Shown: positions 55,691-64,000 of the stretch, piece by piece | How the letters are laid out: each line of letters starts with the position of its first letter | Numbering within the stretch: the first letter of the stretch is position 1 | Source: a bacterium | GTDB taxonomy: Bacteria > UBA10199 > 2-02-FULL-50-16 > JAJFLM01 | DNA length: 64,000 nucleotides | NCBI GenBank assembly: GCA_965216315.1 | Contig: CBDCFN010000016.1 | Location: 1,024,001-1,088,000, forward strand | Direction of reading: 5' to 3' | The notes under the pieces: generated by a model | Databases searched by the model: none | What the model was told of the DNA's origin: nothing | What the model saw: the letters and a program-made list of their open reading frames with translations, nothing else | Made by a program: the position numbers and the translations under genes

Positions 55691-58600
55691 CTCTTATAGC
55701 ATATTGCATATAATGAGGGGATCAGCAGTAGCGTGCCGATTGTTGCGACGATGATGCCCGCGGCAAGCGAGAGAACTATCGGAACGATGAACGGTTCATA
55801 TCCTCCAAAGCCATATATCGTTGGAATGAGTCCGGCAACCGTTGTGATAGTTGTAAGGATGACCGGGCGCAAACGCGTAATCGATCCGGATATGAGATCA
55901 TCCCGACTTATTTTTTTACTGCTGCCTCGAAGCGCATTGAGATGCGTGACCATTACCAGTGAATCGTTGACGATAACCCCGATCAGGCCCAATGATCCGA
56001 CGAGTGCAAGAAAGCTCAGCGGAAGACCATGCAGATAGAATCCAAAAATGACTCCTGCTAAGCCAACCGGGATTGAAACCATAATCAGCAGTGGCTGAAA
56101 GAAGGACTCAAGAAGTATGGTTAATAGAAAGTAGATGCCTATCATCGCACAGATGAAGGCCCACAAAAAGCTTTGCATGCTTTCTTGAGTCGCTTTTTCT
56201 TCACCTCCAAAAATCATGCGGAGGCCCGGCTGGGATTGGGCTTTTTTACTAAATTCTTTGCGGAGTAAGGCATTTATTTCAGTGGCCGTTGAAATGCTGG
56301 TATCGACATCACCGGTGATTGTAATCGAACGCCTGCCATTATAATGTTTAATCGATTCAATGCCGTCAGTGGGCACAAGTTTGCTAAAGCTGGCTAGTCG
56401 AATTAATTTTCCATTATCATTGGGAATTTTCAGGTTGAGGAGTATGTCTGTGCTACTGCGTTGCTCCGGAAGCAGTTGAACTCTGAAATCTATTTCTTCG
56501 CCTTCGCGGATGAGGTCCGAGGCGACGACTCCATCATAAGCGGCTCTAATGGTGCTGGCAACTTCACGAACAGTGATGCCCACACTTGCCATTTCGTCGT
56601 AGTCCAGACTTAATCTCAATTCCTCTTTTCCCGGCTTTAGATCTATATCCAGCGATTGGACTCCCTTAACGTCTTGTAAATAAGTAAAAGCCTCCTGGGC
56701 AAACTTTTCCAGAATTTCTTGGTCGTCACTTACGAATGTTAATGTGATCGGTTTGCCTATCGGCGGCCCGTCATAATATTTTTCCAGGTATAGCTTTCTA
56801 AACCCTTTTATTGGTTTAATTTTGGTGTCCAATTCAGCCATAATCGTTTCGCTGGTTCTTTCTCGCTCACCAGCAGGCTTCAGAAATACCTGAATGAGAG
56901 CCCAGTTCTCACGCAGGCCTGCACTTTCACCGTAGACATCCATGTCGTGATGGCCAATGCGAGTGGTAAAATTAACCATTTCCGTCCGTGGAATTTTAGC
57001 AATCAGGTTTTCAACGGGCATAATTTTTTCAGTTGTCCCCTCGATACTGGTACCCTCATCCAGCTCCGCAACGACGTAAAACATATCTATGTCTGTGTAG
57101 GGGAAAAGGACGAATTTCATTCCAAATATATAAAGACAGAGGGCGAGAGCCGGAACGATACTGATGCTCGCTGCTATTTTCTTTGGATGCTTCAATACAA
57201 AATCAAGTACTTTTCGGTAAATGAACTGAATGCGCAATAAGCGGTCATGCGCCTTGCTGAGTCGAAGGGGACTATGGGCTATATGTGAGGGAAGTAAGGT
57301 GATAGCTTCTAGAAGGCTGAGTAGTAGAGCCAAGATAACGATGACCGGTATTTGGCGTACAAACTTTCCAGTAATGCCCACCATAAAAAACATAGGGACA
57401 AACGCAAGTATTGTAGTGGCGACTGTTGTCGTGACGGGCCAAACTAACTCCCGGACGCCTTTGAGCGCGGCCTCACGTCCGGATAATCCGGCTTCACGGT
57501 GACGCGTTATGTTTTCACCGATGACAATGGCGTCATCAACCACGATACCGATGACAATGATCATGGTTATTAATGAGATGAAATTGATATCGATGTCTAA
57601 TAGGGGGAAGAAAATGATCGCACCGAGTATGGAGATGGGGATGCCTGCAGCCACCCATAGTGCAGAGTAGCGATCTAAGGATAGAACCAGGACGAGTAAG
57701 ACAAGAAAAAAACCAATGAGCGCGTTACTCTTAACGATGCCGAGGACATTCTCGGTATAGTGAGAGAAGTCACTGACAATCGAAATGTTAATGTCTTTGG
57801 GGACTGTTTTCTTAAAGTCAGTGATAAGCTGTTTGATAGTGGCGCTGATATCGATAATATCACTGCTGCCGTGGCTGCGCACGAGGAGGTTGATGCTAGT
57901 TTCCCCATTGGTACGTGGTTTGACCTGATAATCTTCGTAAGTGCTCTCTATGCGTCCGATATCTTCGAGTGTAATATGATCCCCTTCAAAATTACTGCGC
58001 ACAATAACCTTGCCCACGTCTAATGGGTTTTCAAACTCTGAAAATGTAACGATCTTCTTTTCTGCGATAAATGATTCCAGGTTGCCACCCGAGACGCGAA
58101 TATTGCGATCTTTGATCGAGCGAATCACTTCATTAAATGAAACATAATTATCGGATAACTTATTGGCATCGACTTGTATTTTGACCTCGCGTTTACGGTA
58201 GCCGACTTTTTCGACTGACATAACGCCTTTGATCGTCTGGATGGCGTCTTCTAGGTCGCGCGAAACCTTGCGTAACATCCTTTCAGGAGCTGCTCCTGAA
58301 ACGGCAAGTTCCAAGACAGGAACATTCGCGGATCGTAGCTCTTCAACTTCCGGTTTTTCCGTAACAGCGGGGGGAAGATCTGTTACTCGGTCGACAGCGC
58401 GCCGAATATCACTCTTTACCTCCTCCATGTCATCAGCATCACTGTCGACGAAGACATAAATGAGAGAAATATTTTCCAATGATGTCGATTTAATTTTTTC
58501 AATGCCATTCACGCTTTCCAGCTCGTCTTCGATTTTTTCAGTGACATTAACCTCGACGTCGCGAGCCGATGCACCGCGATATGTCGTCGTGATTTTAAGG

Positions 58601-58731
58601 ATGTCAAAGTGCACTGTCGGGTAGGTGGCGCGTTTTAGGTTGAAGAGGGTTAATCCGCCAACGAGCAGAATCATGATCATGACAAGGTTGGCAGTAATCG
58701 GTTTGCGGAGGAAATAGTCAGTGAGTTTCAT
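55687..58731 (-). CDS. RND efflux permease (AcrB/AcrD/AcrF family)
   Basis: GIVVDDAIVIGEN, GVIVNDSLVM, RLRPVILTTITT; 12-TM layout. Confidence 0.93.
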   Translation of the reverse strand: MKLTDYFLRKPITANLVMIMILLVGGLTLFNLKRATYPTVHFDILKITTTYRGASARDVEVNVTEKIEDELESVNGIEKIKSTSLENISLIYVFVDSDADDMEEVKSDIRRAVDRVTDLPPAVTEKPEVEELRSANVPVLELAVSGAAPERMLRKVSRDLEDAIQTIKGVMSVEKVGYRKREVKIQVDANKLSDNYVSFNEVIRSIKDRNIRVSGGNLESFIAEKKIVTFSEFENPLDVGKVIVRSNFEGDHITLEDIGRIESTYEDYQVKPRTNGETSINLLVRSHGSSDIIDISATIKQLITDFKKTVPKDINISIVSDFSHYTENVLGIVKSNALIGFFLVLLVLVLSLDRYSALWVAAGIPISILGAIIFFPLLDIDINFISLITMIIVIGIVVDDAIVIGENITRHREAGLSGREAALKGVRELVWPVTTTVATTILAFVPMFFMVGITGKFVRQIPVIVILALLLSLLEAITLLPSHIAHSPLRLSKAHDRLLRIQFIYRKVLDFVLKHPKKIAASISIVPALALCLYIFGMKFVLFPYTDIDMFYVVAELDEGTSIEGTTEKIMPVENLIAKIPRTEMVNFTTRIGHHDMDVYGESAGLRENWALIQVFLKPAGERERTSETIMAELDTKIKPIKGFRKLYLEKYYDGPPIGKPITLTFVSDDQEILEKFAQEAFTYLQDVKGVQSLDIDLKPGKEELRLSLDYDEMASVGITVREVASTIRAAYDGVVASDLIREGEEIDFRVQLLPEQRSSTDILLNLKIPNDNGKLIRLASFSKLVPTDGIESIKHYNGRRSITITGDVDTSISTATEINALLRKEFSKKAQSQPGLRMIFGGEEKATQESMQSFLWAFICAMIGIYFLLTILLESFFQPLLIMVSIPVGLAGVIFGFYLHGLPLSFLALVGSLGLIGVIVNDSLVMVTHLNALRGSSKKISRDDLISGSITRLRPVILTTITTVAGLIPTIYGFGGYEPFIVPIVLSLAAGIIVATIGTLLLIPSLYAICYKS

Positions 58732-58867
58732 TGGTTAGGCCAAGGTATCAGGCTTAGCAAGGGAGCTCAAGTTGAGTGCACGGGGGAATCATGACAGAGC
58801 TTAAATAAGAAGATCAAAAAATATCAATAATAACATGATGTTATGCCCTTAGTTTTATTGAGTCATC

Positions 58868-58883
58868 TGGCACCTTTTTTGCT
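58868..58883 (+). promoter_or_regulatory. Sigma-54 promoter
   Basis: TGGCACCTTTTTTGCT, GG-N10-GC. Confidence 0.75.
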
Positions 58884-58896
58884 AAAATAATAAATT

Positions 58897-61800
58897 GTGA
58901 GTGTGGTGCGACTTGAACTCAGACGGTATCGACGACCTGCCTGGGCCGTTGTTGTTACTGTTATAACATTTTTTCTCTGTGCCCCTGTTTTTGCGGCGAC
59001 CCTTCAAGTCGATATGAAAGATCCTGACTGTGGTCAGGTTAACAAGCCCTATTGTAAAATCGAAAACGCAATCAATAACTCAGCCGCTGGAGATACAATT
59101 GAGATTGCCTCCGGCATCTATATAGAAAACGTCATGGTTGGGCACGATCTGACGATTAACGGCGAAGACCGAGATACAACCATCGTTGACGGGAACAATG
59201 TTACCTATGGCGCTCGTTTTGCCCCTTCAACGACAGTCACTGTCAACAATATGACTTTTCGCAACGGGAAGTATTCGCGTGGTGCGGGGATTTATACGTA
59301 TGCGCAACAATTAACGCTGAATAACGTGGCACTCAAACACAACAGTGCGGACGTCAATGGCGGGGCGATCCAGTTTGAACGAGGCAATCTCACTATCAAT
59401 GATTCCATTATTGAGCGCAATCGTGCCAGCGAATTCGGTGGGGCGATCTATGTCCATCCGGATGCAACATTGCTGACGATCAATAATAGCAAGATTCGGC
59501 ATAACAATGCCGGCGTCGAGGGGGGAGCTATTTTCCATCAGGGTGAGAAAGTTAAGCTAGATAAAGGAACGCGCATTCAGGGCAATAAGGCCATCCAGGA
59601 TGGTGGGGCCCTCTTTGTACATCAAGAGGCGGATGACCTGGAAATTCATGATAGCTCTATTCTATTCAATCGTACTGAAAAGCGCGGTGGGGCGATGTTT
59701 TTACACGGTGGCAATGTGACGATTAAGGGCAGTCATATTAATCATAATACGGCCCTTGGGCAGGGGATCAATCAGAATGGTGGTGGCGCTATTTATGCCA
59801 ATGGAAGTCAGATGAATATAGATAATACGGTAATTAGCGGCAACCGAACCGAAGGTTCCGGTGGAGGAATTTTGCTGCGCGCCAGTGGTGATCTTGTGAT
59901 CACAAATAGTGTCCTAAGCTATAATTATGCCGGATTCAACGGTGGCGGTTTTGATCTCGCCTTGCAAGGAACGACACTTGATGCCCGCAATGTGACGATT
60001 AGCGGGAATGCGGCCAAAAAGCGTGGCGGCGGTCTTTTTAGTAATAATCACGTCCACTCGAAACTTAATAACGTGACGATCACGAAAAATATTGCGGCCG
60101 CAGTCAACGATCCGGATGGGCATGGCGGCGGTATTTACCTCTTTAGTATGCCGAACAATGATAAGCTCGTCTTTGAAATGAGCAATACGATCGTTGCGGG
60201 GAACAAGAGCTTGATCAATAGTGGTAACGATTGTCTGACGGCGGCGACAAAGCTCAAATCGTTGGGACATAACATTGTCGGTGATTTGGGCGCACAATGT
60301 ACGCTTGATCCCGCCGCTGGAGATCCGGCCTCGACGGATCAAACCGGTGTGCCTGATGTCATGTTAGGCGTATTGGCCGACAATGGGGGTCCGACACCAA
60401 CTCACGCACTACTGGAAGGGAGTCCGGCTATCGATAAGGGTAATAATGATAGCTGTGAGTCTGCAGATCAGCGCGGCTATGACCGACCTTTTGATGGTGA
60501 CGAGAATGGGGTGGCAGATTGCGATGTCGGGGCTTATGAATTTGGGGCGGAAGGCGACGGCGAGCCAGATGATGGCGGTGATCCCGGTGACACGCCTGCC
60601 GATGAAGGTGTTTTGCCGGGGCCTGATGGCGGAGCGGGTGACGGCGCAGGAGAAGCGAATGGCGCCAAAGAACTACTTGAGGTTCAAGGTGGCGGTTCTT
60701 GTGGTTGTGATATTCGAGGGGTCCAAGCCGCGCCGACGTGGATGCATGCGTGGCTTGCCTTGATGGGAGCCTTTTTTGCAGTGATAATCGGGCTTCGTTT
60801 TCGGAGGCATAAAGTCAAAGCGAGCTTGTTTCTGGTTGTTCTATCCCTCTTGGTCTGGAGTCAACATGTTGAAGCGGCGAGCACGCTCAAAGTTGACCGA
60901 TCTGACCTGAATTGTCAGGCGGCTGCTGAACCCTATTGCACGATCCAGGCGGCCATTGATGATGCGACGGCAGGGGATACTATCGAGATTGCTGCTGGGC
61001 TTTATTTCGAAAACCTCATCGTGCCTGACAACAAGGAACTTATTATTAAGGGGAAGGGTTATAGCCAAACAATTCTTGATGGACGCAACCTAGGGCCCGT
61101 CATTGAGCTTAAGACTTTTACGGATGTGGAAATTGAGGGTGTCACTCTCCGTCACGGTAAGGCTCCGTTTGGAGGGGGCATTATTACCGTGGGGGATGAT
61201 TTAGAAGTCCGTAATTCCGTGATTGCTTTTAATAGCGCAACCAATGTTTCGGGAGGGGGCATCTATTCGGCAGCGAATCTTGGTCGCTTAAAGCTCGTCA
61301 ATAGTACGGTGCACTACAACGCGGTAACGGGTCCCAATGGAAACGGAGGTGGCATCTATTGGAGCGGCATCGGTGGCGCTTTTCTCGATAAGACCCACGT
61401 TGTTGGGAATTATGGGGACGGAAATGGAGCGGGCGTTCATATCGCCTCCGGCGCTGCGCTGACGATGACTGAAGGCAAGATTGCAGCAAATCGTGCCGGT
61501 GATAATGGCGGGGGGCTCTTTCATGCTTCAACCGGTGAATTAAGCGTTAATAAGACCGTAATTCGGGAAAATCATGCAGGTTTGGCGGGCGCCGGCGTCT
61601 ACATCGGTAATCAAGTGACCGAGAGTAAGATTTTGCAGAGCCAAATCAAAGGCAATCATGTTAGTCAGTCGGATGGCGGCGGCATCCTTCATGGGGGAGG
61701 TAAGCTGACGCTTGTAGATACCGAAGTCAGCGGCAATCGCGCTGCAGAAGGAGCGGGTATTCGCGCCACGGCTAATCTCGATATTGAGAGAAGTACTATG

Positions 61801-62394
61801 AGTTACAATCTTGCGACGGTTGATGGCGGGGGTGTTTCTGCCGAACTTGGCGTTGCACTTAATATGCTCAACAGTACGGTCAGTGGTAACGCCTGTTTCA
61901 AACACGGAGCGGGAATTGATGCCCTAGGCACGAGCCATCTTCACTACGTAACGATTACAGGAAATGTGGCGGATCTAGATGAAGATAACGTTGGTGCCGG
62001 TGGCGGAATGAGTTTCTCGGACAACATGCACATGGAGAATTCACTTCTCGCAATGAATCGAACGTATAGCGGTGATGGTCATGATTGCTCCGGTAAAATT
62101 AAGTCTGATGGTTATAATCTGATTCGTGACTACGATGATACGAATTGCAAGCTGGACCCTGCGGGATACGATCCGGCCTCTAAAGACATCACCGGTCTCA
62201 CCAATGATCCTAAGCTAGGTCTATTGAAAGATAATGGCGGCTCCACTCCGACGCACGCGATTAACGAAGGCAGTGTTGCCATTGATGCGGCTGATCCCAA
62301 TAGTGCTGAAGCAAAGGATCAACGTCAGGCACCGCGCCCTGCCGGGAATCATAATGATATAGGTGCCTTTGAATACAACAGCCAAGCGCCTTAA
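58897..62394 (+). CDS. Two tandem beta-helix (GGAI-repeat) / choice-of-anchor Q modules joined by an internal MYXO-CTERM anchor and second signal peptide
   Basis: Both modules start TLxVD...C....PYC.I..AI....AGDTIEIA.G.Y.EN and end L.DNGG.TPTHA...GS.AID...DQR...D.GA.E. Confidence 0.88.
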   Translation: MSVVRLELRRYRRPAWAVVVTVITFFLCAPVFAATLQVDMKDPDCGQVNKPYCKIENAINNSAAGDTIEIASGIYIENVMVGHDLTINGEDRDTTIVDGNNVTYGARFAPSTTVTVNNMTFRNGKYSRGAGIYTYAQQLTLNNVALKHNSADVNGGAIQFERGNLTINDSIIERNRASEFGGAIYVHPDATLLTINNSKIRHNNAGVEGGAIFHQGEKVKLDKGTRIQGNKAIQDGGALFVHQEADDLEIHDSSILFNRTEKRGGAMFLHGGNVTIKGSHINHNTALGQGINQNGGGAIYANGSQMNIDNTVISGNRTEGSGGGILLRASGDLVITNSVLSYNYAGFNGGGFDLALQGTTLDARNVTISGNAAKKRGGGLFSNNHVHSKLNNVTITKNIAAAVNDPDGHGGGIYLFSMPNNDKLVFEMSNTIVAGNKSLINSGNDCLTAATKLKSLGHNIVGDLGAQCTLDPAAGDPASTDQTGVPDVMLGVLADNGGPTPTHALLEGSPAIDKGNNDSCESADQRGYDRPFDGDENGVADCDVGAYEFGAEGDGEPDDGGDPGDTPADEGVLPGPDGGAGDGAGEANGAKELLEVQGGGSCGCDIRGVQAAPTWMHAWLALMGAFFAVIIGLRFRRHKVKASLFLVVLSLLVWSQHVEAASTLKVDRSDLNCQAAAEPYCTIQAAIDDATAGDTIEIAAGLYFENLIVPDNKELIIKGKGYSQTILDGRNLGPVIELKTFTDVEIEGVTLRHGKAPFGGGIITVGDDLEVRNSVIAFNSATNVSGGGIYSAANLGRLKLVNSTVHYNAVTGPNGNGGGIYWSGIGGAFLDKTHVVGNYGDGNGAGVHIASGAALTMTEGKIAANRAGDNGGGLFHASTGELSVNKTVIRENHAGLAGAGVYIGNQVTESKILQSQIKGNHVSQSDGGGILHGGGKLTLVDTEVSGNRAAEGAGIRATANLDIERSTMSYNLATVDGGGVSAELGVALNMLNSTVSGNACFKHGAGIDALGTSHLHYVTITGNVADLDEDNVGAGGGMSFSDNMHMENSLLAMNRTYSGDGHDCSGKIKSDGYNLIRDYDDTNCKLDPAGYDPASKDITGLTNDPKLGLLKDNGGSTPTHAINEGSVAIDAADPNSAEAKDQRQAPRPAGNHNDIGAFEYNSQAP

Positions 62395-64000
62395 GGTCGT
62401 CCCAGATTATACACAGGCATGAGTCCGATTTTGCCGATAGTGTCCCGGCGGTAGGGGCGTATCATTTCAGGGTTGCGTGGTTGAGTGTCGTAGGCGGCTC
62501 CAAAAGTCCAAATGAGTTGATCCTTTTCCTGGTCTGTTAATTGATCTAGATCCTTCATGAGTAATTGTTCGATCCGTTTTCTGAACAATCGAAACATGCG
62601 ATCCTGGTGATCCTTGGGAACTTGAAAGAAACGTTCAACATTGCCGACCATGTGATTGATACGGCGGATATCGTGCCCATTTTCATCAACGACGGAGTAG
62701 GGGGAACTGTCCAGCATAGGCTCGGATACAGGAACCGGCTCAGAAGCCTCGCCGATAATGGCGTGAGCCGCTTCACCATGGTCGGGATCTGCATTCCCCC
62801 AGCCCCATTTGCGCAGGTCGACTCCGCGGGTAGGGAGTTTTAATTGGTCAAGCGTGGGTAGGACAGCGCCCGGCATCTCTCGGGTCATAAACTCCAGAGC
62901 GGAGGTCACGTGGATATTGTAGATAGGCAGGTCCGGATCGGGAATCATTCCCACTCGATCGACAAAGCTTCCCCCATTCCTGGTTTCATCCCAGCGCCAC
63001 AGCGGTCCATTGGCATCGTAAGGGACATGGCGCAGCGCGGCTTCTATTCCATGGTTGTTGGCGTAATTGAGTAGGAATCGGTTCCAATCTCCATTCGTAA
63101 TCAGTGGGTGCAGCAAATAGTCTTCGGGTACATGTCGAACATCGTTGTCAGGTATTGCCGCTGAATAAGAACTCTGCCCTGTCCATACCGCTACGGAACC
63201 CGCGGGGATGAGCAGGCTTTTTTTACGTGCCCACTTGGGGATGGTTTTCATCGGATAGGCGGGAACGCGGAAAGTAAAACGACCCGGTCGCGCGGGAAGC
63301 GGCATGGAAACCGGCATATAATCATTGGCTATCAGGGTGAAACGATGGGCACCCCCCCGCTTGAATGAGTTATATCCCTTTGGAATTCCCGCAATGGCCT
63401 GAACCGGATAGTGGAAATTACTCAAATCCCCCCCGATATTTTCAGCATGCGCCAGTATTACCCTTGGCGATGAACTTTTGCTTAAGCGTCCGTCTAATTT
63501 AAATTGGACATCGATATTCTGGGCGACACGCTGATAACGCTCGTCGCTATTGTCTAATTCTCTCAATAGGACCCTGCTCGTCGCTTGGATGAGACGATCA
63601 ATTCCATTTCTGTCAGCATATTCCCAAAGGCGAAAATTGAGCTCGATGATTTTATCTCGGATGGGTGCGAGTTCGTAGCGCCGATAGGCTTCTTCATATT
63701 CACGTAAGGCAGTACTCATCATTTTTTCCCACTGATTTTCGATGCGACGTTGTTCTGCCAGCGCATGTCGACGAGATTCGCGGTAAGTCATAGGGACTTG
63801 ACTATGACGTTGTCGCCGTTTTCCCTGACTGGCGGTATGCTCCAATTCACGTGCCTTATGCGTGACAAAATCCGCTAGCATTTCGGCTGCATCTTGATGG
63901 CGGTCCTCCGGGTCGTGAGAGAGGGCACGCATGATTAATTGATCAAGCCAAACAGGGATCTTTGGATTGAGTTTGCGCGGTCTTTTCGGTGGATCTGTCT
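62391..64000 (-). CDS. C-terminal part of a Ser/Thr kinase with formylglycine-generating-enzyme (SUMF1)-like domain (5' end outside window)
   Basis: Frame is open to the window end: PPKRPRKLNPKIPVWLDQLIMRAL..DPEDR (end of kinase domain); ITN..W..F, LPT, RG.D.R.W.WGN, DSSPY, HMVGNV. Confidence 0.75.
   Translation of the reverse strand, partial: TDPPKRPRKLNPKIPVWLDQLIMRALSHDPEDRHQDAAEMLADFVTHKARELEHTASQGKRRQRHSQVPMTYRESRRHALAEQRRIENQWEKMMSTALREYEEAYRRYELAPIRDKIIELNFRLWEYADRNGIDRLIQATSRVLLRELDNSDERYQRVAQNIDVQFKLDGRLSKSSSPRVILAHAENIGGDLSNFHYPVQAIAGIPKGYNSFKRGGAHRFTLIANDYMPVSMPLPARPGRFTFRVPAYPMKTIPKWARKKSLLIPAGSVAVWTGQSSYSAAIPDNDVRHVPEDYLLHPLITNGDWNRFLLNYANNHGIEAALRHVPYDANGPLWRWDETRNGGSFVDRVGMIPDPDLPIYNIHVTSALEFMTREMPGAVLPTLDQLKLPTRGVDLRKWGWGNADPDHGEAAHAIIGEASEPVPVSEPMLDSSPYSVVDENGHDIRRINHMVGNVERFFQVPKDHQDRMFRLFRKRIEQLLMKDLDQLTDQEKDQLIWTFGAAYDTQPRNPEMIRPYRRDTIGKIGLMPVYNLGRP

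Noticed and set aside
55687..58731. Lone RND permease as a novel system
   Set aside because: Partner MFP/TolC genes are often encoded elsewhere; nothing else unusual is visible

Overview
Bacterial chromosomal window. MYXO-CTERM-type sorting signals, delta-60 repeats, several sigma-54 promoters and a kinase-fused enhancer-binding protein point to a deltaproteobacterium-like (Myxococcota-related) host; this is inference. Housekeeping genes (mutS 3' end, mutL, mtgA, slt, yebC-ruvCAB-ftsB, ROK kinase, RND pump) surround an accessory hotspot at a tRNA-Asn(GTT) gene (15598-15669). There the tRNA 3' end (att core) occurs five times. These copies delimit two identical 222-bp hairpin-rich units and two related integrative elements: a 4.3-kb int/xis/type IV TA element and a 9.5-kb integrase-less cargo element. 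A 27-bp tandem palindrome array, a GIY-YIG remnant and two BrnTA pairs follow. The three most notable signals are: (i) a 1165-aa ORF that reads as a secreted polyprotein, with two homologous modules joined by an internal MYXO-CTERM anchor whose basic tail doubles as a second signal peptide; (ii) two unrelated secreted proteins ending in the same short tag without a TM helix (V-x-G-G-x-C-S-L-(I)-R-R), a candidate new Cys-based sorting signal; (iii) an integrase ORF that runs across the att core, so integration would swap its C-terminal tail, with the excised-state tail conserved in frame in both elements. All calls come from reading the sequence and the ORF track; no database searches were run.
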